Positions 9,929-18,049 of a stretch of DNA of 29,595 nt are shown here, one piece after another. The position numbers and the translations under genes were made by a program. Source of the stretch: Bdellovibrionota bacterium (GTDB lineage: Bacteria; Bdellovibrionota_C; UBA2361; JBIKWN01). Position 1 is the stretch's first letter. Each line of letters starts with the position of its first letter. A model generated the notes under the pieces. That model was not told the origin of the DNA, made no database searches, and saw only the letters and a program-made list of their open reading frames with translations. The stretch lies in the NCBI GenBank assembly GCA_044356295.1, contig JBIKWN010000031.1:1-29595 (forward strand). The letters run 5' to 3'.

Positions 9929-11508
9929 TATGCACCACCAAATACAAAGCTATTTTCTTTAATACTTTTAATGGTTTTTCCTGCAAGATTTTGCTCCTCA
10001 GATAAGAACCACAAAGTAACATCACGATCGCTATTCCATGTAGGGAGGGAAACGACAAAGACTTTTGCTAATTCTGATAATACCTTCCATGTCGGAACTG
10101 TATTTTGAGGGGCATCAATCACTTTGTCAGTGTATTGAACACGAAGCCCACGATTCACTAACACGCCTGATCGTTCAAGAATACTTCTTGCACCAATCAC
10201 GATGGAACAAACATCTGAAAGTGGATGAGATGCATCGGTTCCAATAAATGCAGAAAGTGAAGCTTTCCCAACGGCAGCAGTAAGAACAACTGATGCATCA
10301 TTTGCAAGAATTCCACGGTCTCCAAATATCAGTACTTGCTTAGCTGTTCCATCAATAACTGCTTGAAGTGCTGCTTCATAATTTTTTTGAAGATTTCCAT
10401 CAACTATTCCAGAACTTTCAGCTCCTTTAAAATTTGGTGCATAGTCTGGACTAATTAAAACTTTTTCTACATCTGTAAGAGTTCTTTCTTTATATGAAAG
10501 AACAAAATGAGCATTTTTAAGTGCAGAATCTTTTAGTTTTTTAAGCAAACGATACTCTTCAGAAGTTAGATCCGCCCCAACAAAAACATAAGTACCTTCT
10601 GCTTGGAATCCTTTAAATGCTTTAGATGCTTCTGTTAAGTCAACATCTTTACCTTTCAAAGATGCACCAGTTATTCTGTTTTTAGGAAGGAACCTCATAA
10701 ATCCATAACGACCTTCATCACAAAGCCATTCTTTATTTACATCTGAATTGAGTCTTGCTTTTACCTGAACAACTTCACCGTCGCGAGTTGCAACTTTTAC
10801 ATTGCATCCTGTTGAGCAGCCTGGGCAGATTGCATCTGTTTGTTTAGTAAACCAGATTCTTGTATTAAACCTCCACTCACGGTGAGTTAATGCACCAACT
10901 GGACAAAGGTCAACTACTGAACCAGAAAGAGGATTATTGAGAGGATGTTTCGGATCGACAGTGATAACTGTCTTATCGCCGCGATTAACGAGACCAATCT
11001 CACTTGTTTTTGTTACTTCATCACAAAAACGAACACATCGAGAACACATAATGCACCGCTCACCATCAAGCATCACTGTTGGACCAAGTGGTTGTGCTTT
11101 AACTTTATGCTCTTTCTCTTCAAGAAAACGACTTGGTCGAGCATTATATTCGTAATGATAATCTTGTAACTTACAATGTCCTGCCTGATCGCAGATGGTG
11201 CAATCCAATGGATGGTTAATGAGTATAAATTCAAGAGTAGCCGCCTGAGCATCTTTCACTGCTTTACTTGTGTGATGCGTATTAATTTTCAACCCTTCGG
11301 ATGCAGTTGTATTACAAGCTATTTCTAATTTTGGTCGCCCATTGAGTTCTACCTGACACATTCTGCAGTTACCTGCCACAGAAAGATGCGGGTGGTAACA
11401 ATAATGAGGAATTTCAACGCCTACAGATTTTGCAGCATCAATTATATTAGCACCTTTTGGTACCTTATGATCTTGTCCGTCGATTGTGATTGTTACTAGC
11501 TCAGTCAT
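9928..11508 (-). CDS. nuoG: NADH-quinone oxidoreductase subunit G (short form)
   Basis: IPHYCYHP..AGNCRMC, NHPLDCTICDQAGHC, RCIMCSRC..DLCPVGAL, CPGCSTGC..WLC; 526 aa. Confidence 0.92.
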   Translation of the reverse strand: MTELVTITIDGQDHKVPKGANIIDAAKSVGVEIPHYCYHPHLSVAGNCRMCQVELNGRPKLEIACNTTASEGLKINTHHTSKAVKDAQAATLEFILINHPLDCTICDQAGHCKLQDYHYEYNARPSRFLEEKEHKVKAQPLGPTVMLDGERCIMCSRCVRFCDEVTKTSEIGLVNRGDKTVITVDPKHPLNNPLSGSVVDLCPVGALTHREWRFNTRIWFTKQTDAICPGCSTGCNVKVATRDGEVVQVKARLNSDVNKEWLCDEGRYGFMRFLPKNRITGASLKGKDVDLTEASKAFKGFQAEGTYVFVGADLTSEEYRLLKKLKDSALKNAHFVLSYKERTLTDVEKVLISPDYAPNFKGAESSGIVDGNLQKNYEAALQAVIDGTAKQVLIFGDRGILANDASVVLTAAVGKASLSAFIGTDASHPLSDVCSIVIGARSILERSGVLVNRGLRVQYTDKVIDAPQNTVPTWKVLSELAKVFVVSLPTWNSDRDVTLWFLSEEQNLAGKTIKSIKENSFVFGGA

Positions 11509-11510
11509 AC

Positions 11511-12821
11511 TTAGTGAGCTCCCATGATCTCTTCATAATGAATTGGTTCCCGCTTCTTATTGATACCAACGAGGGCATCTTTTATGAGTCCTTTGAAATC
11601 GTCTGGGAATTTTTTGATAAAACTCATTGCAGGTATTGCAAGTGCTTCACCAAATGGACAGATAGTATGCCCTGCAATCTGACCACAGACGTTATTTACA
11701 AGTTCAAGATCTCCAACGAGGCCGCTTCCATGATGAATTCGGGTGAATATCTTTTCAACCCAATGCCCACCTTCACGGCAAGGAGTACACTGACCGCATG
11801 ATTCATGGCTATAGAAATGTGCAACGTTCATTGCAACTTGAACCATATCGGTATCTTCATCTAAAACTATAAACCCACCTGAACCGAGCATCGATCCAGC
11901 ATCACGGATAGATTCATAATCCATCGTCACATTTTGAATTTCATCTGCTCGAAGTACTGGTACAGAAGATCCACCAGGAATTACTGCTTTTAATTTTTTA
12001 CCATTTCGAATTCCACCACAGTCTTCGTAAATGAATTTTTCCATTGGATAACCAAGCTCTATTTCGTATACACCCGGTTTATTAACGTGTCCTGATACAC
12101 TAAAAAGTTTTGTACCTGCCGATTTTTCTGTCCCAATAGAGGCATAATTTTTTGCCCCGTTTTCTAAAATATACGGAAGAGCAGCAAGAGTTTCAGTGTT
12201 GTTAACGATAGTAGGACATCCATACAAACCAACAACAGCAGGAAATGGTGGTTTTAAACGAGGCTGACCTTTAACTCCTTCAAGGGAGTTGATAAGTGCA
12301 GTTTCTTCTCCACAGATATAAGCCCCTGCCCCACGGTGAACAACCATATGGTGAGTAAATCCGGTTCCAAAAATATTTTCGCCAAGATAGCCTTTTTTAT
12401 AAGCTTCTTTAACTGCCTCATTTATTCGAGTGAATGGAAACCCATACTCACCACGAATATAAATTGCAGACCAATTACTTTGCAGTGCCCACGCAGCCAT
12501 AATCATCCCTTCTATACAAAGGTGAGGATCACGCTCTAAAAGAACTCTATCCTTAAAAGTGCCAGGTTCTGATTCATCAGCATTATTTAAAAGGTACACT
12601 GGCTTTCCAGAATTTTTTGGAACAAAACTCCACTTAGTGCCAGTTGAAAATCCAGCGCCACCTCTTCCTCTGAGCCCTGAAGCTTTTACCTCTTCAATAA
12701 CTGCAGCAGGATCCATTTTTAAAACTTTCTTTATGGTTTGATAACCGCCACGAGACTCATACCCAGTAATCGTGTGCTGATTTGGCTCATTAATATTCTT
12801 TAAAAGAATCTGTTTATGCAT
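11511..12821 (-). CDS. nuoF: NADH-quinone oxidoreductase subunit F
   Basis: SGLRGRGGAGF, NADESEPGTFKDR, GAGAYICGEETAL, HESCGQCTPCREG. Confidence 0.97.
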   Translation of the reverse strand: MHKQILLKNINEPNQHTITGYESRGGYQTIKKVLKMDPAAVIEEVKASGLRGRGGAGFSTGTKWSFVPKNSGKPVYLLNNADESEPGTFKDRVLLERDPHLCIEGMIMAAWALQSNWSAIYIRGEYGFPFTRINEAVKEAYKKGYLGENIFGTGFTHHMVVHRGAGAYICGEETALINSLEGVKGQPRLKPPFPAVVGLYGCPTIVNNTETLAALPYILENGAKNYASIGTEKSAGTKLFSVSGHVNKPGVYEIELGYPMEKFIYEDCGGIRNGKKLKAVIPGGSSVPVLRADEIQNVTMDYESIRDAGSMLGSGGFIVLDEDTDMVQVAMNVAHFYSHESCGQCTPCREGGHWVEKIFTRIHHGSGLVGDLELVNNVCGQIAGHTICPFGEALAIPAMSFIKKFPDDFKGLIKDALVGINKKREPIHYEEIMGAH

Positions 12822-12827
12822 ATACTT

Positions 12828-13376
12828 CTAAATAACCTCTGATTTTGCATAGCCTGCTAACCCTGCTCCGATCTGATCGGTTAAAGTCGAGAACCGAAGG
12901 TCAGGTTTATCTTTATCAATCTTAGTAATTATCTCTTCGAGTTTACGCGGATCTAACTTTTCAAAGTAGATGTCATTAATCTGAATCATCGGTGCCGTTC
13001 CACAAGATCCAAGGCACTCAACTTCTTCATAACTCCACATTCCGTCTTTGGTAACTTCGCCTGGCATAATTCCAAACTTCTTATGAAGAAGCTCGGTTAA
13101 TTTACACATTCCACACACTGCGCAAGAAACTGTTCTACAAACTTGAAAATGATATTTACCAACAGGTTTTTTATAATACATCGTATAGAAGCTTGCGACT
13201 TCACGAACCTGTACTGCTGGCATCTGCATAGCATCACTGACCCATGCTACTGCTTCATCGTTGATATATCCGAACAACTCTTGCGCTATATAGAGCGCCG
13301 GCATCACGGCCGAACGAGGATTAGGATACTGCTTTTTTAATTCTGTTACCCGAGCTAGGGCATTGGCATGTTCCAT
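12828..13376 (-). CDS. nuoE: NADH-quinone oxidoreductase subunit E
   Basis: VASFYTMY, VCRTVSC, ECLGSCGTAP. Start placed at ATG 13376, which overlaps the nuoD stop (TAATG); the ORF track extends to 13388. Confidence 0.94.
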   Translation of the reverse strand: MEHANALARVTELKKQYPNPRSAVMPALYIAQELFGYINDEAVAWVSDAMQMPAVQVREVASFYTMYYKKPVGKYHFQVCRTVSCAVCGMCKLTELLHKKFGIMPGEVTKDGMWSYEEVECLGSCGTAPMIQINDIYFEKLDPRKLEEIITKIDKDKPDLRFSTLTDQIGAGLAGYAKSEVI

Positions 13377-14656
13377 TATCTGTCGCACTCTCCACCAATC
13401 ATATTGATCATTCCAAATATAGGAACAACATCAGCAATGTTAGCTCCAATAAGCATCTTCCTCATGACTCCCATATGGATAAAACTTGGCGCACGCACAT
13501 GTACTTTATACGGTCTGCCGGTTCCATCCGAAATAGTATAAAAACCTAATTCACCATTTCCGCCTTCTACTGGGATATAAACATCTCCTTTTGGAGGCTC
13601 TACACCCTTAATAACCATCTCAAAGTGGTTAATCATTCCATCAATCGAGCTATACACTTCATCTTTAGATTCAAGGACAATATGTGGATCCTTAACCGAG
13701 ATAGGACCTGAAGGCATATTCTTCATTGCTTGATGACAGATTTTTATAGATTCGTTGATTTCATTAAACCTAACGATAAATCGATCATAGTTATCACCTT
13801 TCGTTCCAAGCGGAACTTCAAACGAGAAATCTTCATACGAAGAGTAAGGAAAAGCTTTTCTGACATCATAGTTAACACCTGAAGCTCGAAGCATCGGACC
13901 AGTTAACCCATAATCAATTGCCTCTTGGGCGGATATTTTTGCTACATCACACATCCGATCAATGAAAATTCTATTTTTAGATAACAACTTATCACCAAGT
14001 TCCATCTGCATCTTTACGCCTTCAAGGGCTTTATTCATGCGTTCTGCAAATCCATTCGGTAGATCTGCTTTTAATCCGCCGACTCTTCCCCAAGAAATTG
14101 TAAGCCGAGCACCTGTAACTTCTTCGATGAGCTCCCAAAGATATTCACGTGCTTGCATAAAATAGAGCATTACGGTGAAAGCACCAAGCTCCATAGCAGA
14201 GGCTCCAAGGCAGGTTAGATGATCCGAAATACGAGATACTTCACTCATTATCACGCGGACATACTGGCAACGTTTAGGAACCTCAATCCCTAAAAGCTTT
14301 TCAACAGTAATACACCAACCGACATTATTAATGATCGGAGAAACATAGTTTAGGCGATCCGCATAAGGCATCACCTGATTGTAATCGACGGTTTCGCACA
14401 TTTTTTCGAAACCACGGTGCAGGTAACCAACTTCAACATCGGCATCTAGGATTTTTTCACCAGAAAGTTCCGCAACAAGACGAACTGTACCGTGCGTTGC
14501 TGGGTGAGCTGGTCCCATATTTAGGATCATGGTGTCAGAGTGAAGATCGTCCCCTAAAGGTCGTGAACGGATGTGAGTCGTAACACCCCCTACTCCATAG
14601 TCGACATTTAAAAGAGAGGCATGATGAGGAATTAGCTCTGAAGTATCGTTTGACAT
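13376..14656 (-). CDS. nuoD: NADH-quinone oxidoreductase subunit D
   Basis: LNMGPAHPATHGTVRL, GYLHRGFEK, DRLNY, C-terminal GECDR. Confidence 0.96.
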   Translation of the reverse strand: MSNDTSELIPHHASLLNVDYGVGGVTTHIRSRPLGDDLHSDTMILNMGPAHPATHGTVRLVAELSGEKILDADVEVGYLHRGFEKMCETVDYNQVMPYADRLNYVSPIINNVGWCITVEKLLGIEVPKRCQYVRVIMSEVSRISDHLTCLGASAMELGAFTVMLYFMQAREYLWELIEEVTGARLTISWGRVGGLKADLPNGFAERMNKALEGVKMQMELGDKLLSKNRIFIDRMCDVAKISAQEAIDYGLTGPMLRASGVNYDVRKAFPYSSYEDFSFEVPLGTKGDNYDRFIVRFNEINESIKICHQAMKNMPSGPISVKDPHIVLESKDEVYSSIDGMINHFEMVIKGVEPPKGDVYIPVEGGNGELGFYTISDGTGRPYKVHVRAPSFIHMGVMRKMLIGANIADVVPIFGMINMIGGECDR

Positions 14657-14658
14657 CG

Positions 14659-15225
14659 TTATGCTGCCTTTCTTTTATTCTTAATAGTGACAAGATCTGG
14701 GCGATTCATGTCGACCGCAGTATTTCGAACCTCAGGATGACGGAGTGGAATTCGAGGTTGCTTGCCTTGAATTGGATAATCTTTTCGAAGTGGAAATCCT
14801 ACAAACTCGTCATACATAAGAATACGTCTTAAATCGGGGTGTCCTTCGAATGTAATTCCGTACATATCGAAAGTTTCTCTCTCCATAAAATTTGCTGAAG
14901 CCCAGATTCCACAAAGGGATGGAACAGAGGGATTTTTTTCTGAAAGTGCAATTTTTATCCTTAAACGAATAGCATGAGCCATACTAAGAAGATGATAGAC
15001 AACTTCAAATCTTTCGTCGCGAGCATCAACCCAATCAACTGCCGTAACACTTAGAAGCATCTTGAATTGAAAATCAGAGTCAATCTTTAAGATATTCGCA
15101 AGACCGAGCAGTTTTTGTGGAGCTACAAAGATCTCAGCACAATCTGTTTTTTCAGCAGTTGAAATTACTTCGCTACCGAGTTTTTGCTGCAAAAGTTCAG
15201 CAAGTTTTTTTGTGGTATATGCCAT
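14659..15225 (-). CDS. nuoC: NADH-quinone oxidoreductase subunit C
   Basis: RFEVVYHLLS, ERETFDMYGITFEGHPDLRRIL, PLRKDYP. Likely start is the ATG at 15225 (MAYTTKK), not the TTG at 15288. Confidence 0.94.
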   Translation of the reverse strand: MAYTTKKLAELLQQKLGSEVISTAEKTDCAEIFVAPQKLLGLANILKIDSDFQFKMLLSVTAVDWVDARDERFEVVYHLLSMAHAIRLRIKIALSEKNPSVPSLCGIWASANFMERETFDMYGITFEGHPDLRRILMYDEFVGFPLRKDYPIQGKQPRIPLRHPEVRNTAVDMNRPDLVTIKNKRKAA

Positions 15226-15323
15226 ACTAAATCCAATCAGACGATATGATTTATCATCCGTTGGTAAAGATAGTAGAAAGAGTAGCAAACGTAAACGGGA
15301 TGATTTAACAGAGTTAAATCTTT

Positions 15324-15788
15324 TTAGACATCTGAGCTCTCAATCTTAAATCCCATGGCACCAATATCGGCTTTTTGTCGACGAACACGCTCTTTTTCAA
15401 GTAGTTCTTCTACGTCTTTGTACGACAATGGTTTTTGAAGTAGCCCAAGAGCTCCGATTTGGCTAGCTTCCATTCGGTCTTCTGGCGCGATATGAGCAGC
15501 AAAAAGGATTATGGGTATTTTAGTTTCGCTATACTTGTCATTAACTATTTTAGTAACAAAGAATCCACTATCACCGGGAATAACAAGGTCAATAAAGAAA
15601 ATTGCTGGCTTCCAGTGGTTAGGCTTTAATTCCGAAAGGTTAATCGCCCTCGTACCATCTTTTACATAATTAATTTCAAATCCCTTTTTTTCTAGTGCAT
15701 TTGCAATTTCAGAGCATGAGTCAGGGTCTGGAGTAACAAATACAGCAGCTTGTGGGAGAACAATGAGACCTTTTGTTTGGGTGGACAT
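15324..15788 (-). CDS. stand-alone response-regulator receiver domain protein (atypical)
   Basis: 154 aa. PAIFFIDLVIPGDSG (phosphoacceptor Asp context), IPIILF, GALGLLQKP; no output domain. Confidence 0.75.
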   Translation of the reverse strand: MSTQTKGLIVLPQAAVFVTPDPDSCSEIANALEKKGFEINYVKDGTRAINLSELKPNHWKPAIFFIDLVIPGDSGFFVTKIVNDKYSETKIPIILFAAHIAPEDRMEASQIGALGLLQKPLSYKDVEELLEKERVRRQKADIGAMGFKIESSDV

Positions 15789-15834
15789 GAAAAAATAAAT
15801 CCTATTCGAAGTATCTCATCGACTTCTTTTGAGT

Positions 15835-15858
15835 TATTCTTAACGGCTATTAAGAATA
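15835..15858. promoter_or_regulatory. palindromic candidate operator between divergent genes
   Basis: TATTCTTAA-cggcta-TTAAGAATA, a perfect 9-bp inverted repeat. Confidence 0.4.
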
Positions 15859-15908
15859 CAGCTAAAAAACATCTTTATTTGTAAATTCCTATCGTTACCT
15901 AGCTAAAA

Positions 15909-17954
15909 ATGCAACAAGAAGTACTAAAAGAACTAGAACTTGAGCAGTCGATTTTATCGAACACTGTTTCAGTAATATCTGAGCAAATTACAGCAGCTCA
16001 TAATAAGCTCAATCTTGAAAATTCGAGGGCACAAGAATTAACCCAAGCAATCATGCATACACAGCGGGAGGAGGACAAAGCCCTTTTGGCGAGTGATGAG
16101 GCTGTCTCACACGGACTCCGAGACCAGAAAAAAATTGAGACAACTACCCTTGCTGCTCAAATAAAAAAACCTTACTTCGCGCGTATAGAGCTTGAAGAAG
16201 AGGATATCCGTACAGGAAAAACCAGGCCGATTGAATATAAATTAGGATTTGCTGCAAATCCTGATTGCAGAATTATAGATTGGCGAAAAGCTCCTATTTC
16301 CAAACTCTATTACGAATATAAAGAAGGTGAAGAATACACTGAAGAGATCTTAGGCAAAGAAAGAATTGGCGTCGTTAAAAAACGAAACCAAATTGAGATC
16401 GAAAATAGCATCTTAAAATCGGTAAATAATCGTCACGGGAATTTTTATTGGGATCCGAATAAACAAGAATGGATCTCAAAAGGTGGCGCTCGTTCGGCCC
16501 GAGCTGCTTCAGGTCAACTTCCTGAAATTCTCTCTTTAATCTCTGCCCAGCAATTTCGATCGATAACCGAAGATGCAACGACTGCAGTTCTTATTCAAGG
16601 TGTTGCAGGAAGCGGAAAAACAACGGTAGCAATTCACCGTCTTGCTTGGATGCTTCATGAAGATAATTCATCTATTACATCAAATGAAACTGCTTTTATT
16701 GTTTTAAGCCCCTCGCTTCGCGCTTATATACAAAACTCACTTCCTGCAGTTGGCATTCAAGATGTAAAAGTTCACACGTATCATGAATGGGCGGCACGAA
16801 CTATAAAATTTGCTTCTGGGGCTTCTGATTTTGTATTAGCTCGTCCGATTAATCCTGCTCCTGCGGGAATTGACCGTGTTAAAAAATCGATGGCTCTGCT
16901 TAAAGCAGTTGAAGCTTTTGTGAGCAAACAAGAGGATAAACACTTCCGCACTACTCTTGCTCACTTACAAGGTGACTTGCTTGCCATTTTCAAGATGCCA
17001 CAAGTCATTATTGATCATGACGAAACTCGACTGATTACGGCTCCGCTCATTCAAGAAACATTCGACCGTAGTCGTCGAAATTTTTCAGAGAGTTTATTTG
17101 ACTGGGCAGATGATGCACTACTTCTTCATTTGTACCAATTAAAAGTTGGCTCTGTCATTAATGAAGAACTTCGACCAGGAAAATACCGACATCTGTTTGT
17201 TGATGAAGTGCAAGATTTCTCACCAGTTGAACTTGCCACTGTTATTAGTGCCGTCAAAAAAGCAAGTGATGTAACTCTTGTAGGTGATATTTCTCAGAAT
17301 CTTGACTCGAACCAATCATTCCCTGGTTGGGAGAAACTGCAAAAGCATTGGAATCTTCATAGCGAAATTTCAAAATATATTTCGCTCTCTGTCAGTTACC
17401 GATCAACTGCACAAATTATGAAACTTGCTGCCTTTATACAAGGGCAAGGGGAATCCTCTGTTACTGCCGGAAGACAGGGGCGCCCTCCGATATGGTTTCT
17501 CTGCAAACATGAAGAAGATGCAATCGGAGCATCGATTAAATGGCTTAAAAAAGCTGTAGAATATTACCCAAATGCTTTAACTGCTGTAATTTGTGCAACA
17601 CAGAAAGAAGCAAAATTTTTGGTAAAAATGCTCACTCCGACTTTTGGACCACTCGTTCGTTTAGGCGATGCGCACTCTTTTAGTTTTGAAGAAGGCATTC
17701 TTGTTACTGACATCAAACAAGTTAAGGGCTTAGAGTTTTTCTCTGTGCTTCTATGGAATCCAAATAAAGAAAGCTTTCCCAATACACAACTTGGTAAAAA
17801 TTTTCTCTATGTTGCTGTGACACGCGCCGAAGAAAATCTTTCAATAGTATCGTGGGGTCGTCAAACTGAGCTGCTGCCGCGATTTGGGAAGAATAAACTT
17901 ATTCGGTCGATGGATCTTACAATTGAGGACGAGGAAGAGTCGGACGAGTCCTAA
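15909..17954 (+). CDS. HelD-like (UvrD/SF1 family) RNA-polymerase-associated ATPase
   Basis: N-terminal coiled coil, then KPYFARI and IIDWRKAPISKLYY (HelD-type). Walker A QGVAGSGKT, VDEVQD, VGD.SQ, SYRST, KGLEF, LYVAVTRA. Confidence 0.82.
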   Translation: MQQEVLKELELEQSILSNTVSVISEQITAAHNKLNLENSRAQELTQAIMHTQREEDKALLASDEAVSHGLRDQKKIETTTLAAQIKKPYFARIELEEEDIRTGKTRPIEYKLGFAANPDCRIIDWRKAPISKLYYEYKEGEEYTEEILGKERIGVVKKRNQIEIENSILKSVNNRHGNFYWDPNKQEWISKGGARSARAASGQLPEILSLISAQQFRSITEDATTAVLIQGVAGSGKTTVAIHRLAWMLHEDNSSITSNETAFIVLSPSLRAYIQNSLPAVGIQDVKVHTYHEWAARTIKFASGASDFVLARPINPAPAGIDRVKKSMALLKAVEAFVSKQEDKHFRTTLAHLQGDLLAIFKMPQVIIDHDETRLITAPLIQETFDRSRRNFSESLFDWADDALLLHLYQLKVGSVINEELRPGKYRHLFVDEVQDFSPVELATVISAVKKASDVTLVGDISQNLDSNQSFPGWEKLQKHWNLHSEISKYISLSVSYRSTAQIMKLAAFIQGQGESSVTAGRQGRPPIWFLCKHEEDAIGASIKWLKKAVEYYPNALTAVICATQKEAKFLVKMLTPTFGPLVRLGDAHSFSFEEGILVTDIKQVKGLEFFSVLLWNPNKESFPNTQLGKNFLYVAVTRAEENLSIVSWGRQTELLPRFGKNKLIRSMDLTIEDEEESDES

Positions 17955-18049
17955 TAGAACGTATTAACTAATAACTCATAAAAATCATTGGGCAAACATA
18001 TATATACTTTCGGTAGAGTAGCTTCCAAGTTCCTAGTATCATACATGAT

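Noticed and set aside
15226..15288. 21-aa N-terminal extension of NuoC in the ORF track
   Set aside because: It arises from an upstream TTG, and a promoter-like TTTACG-N17-TATCTT overlaps it. The ATG at 15225 is the more plausible start.
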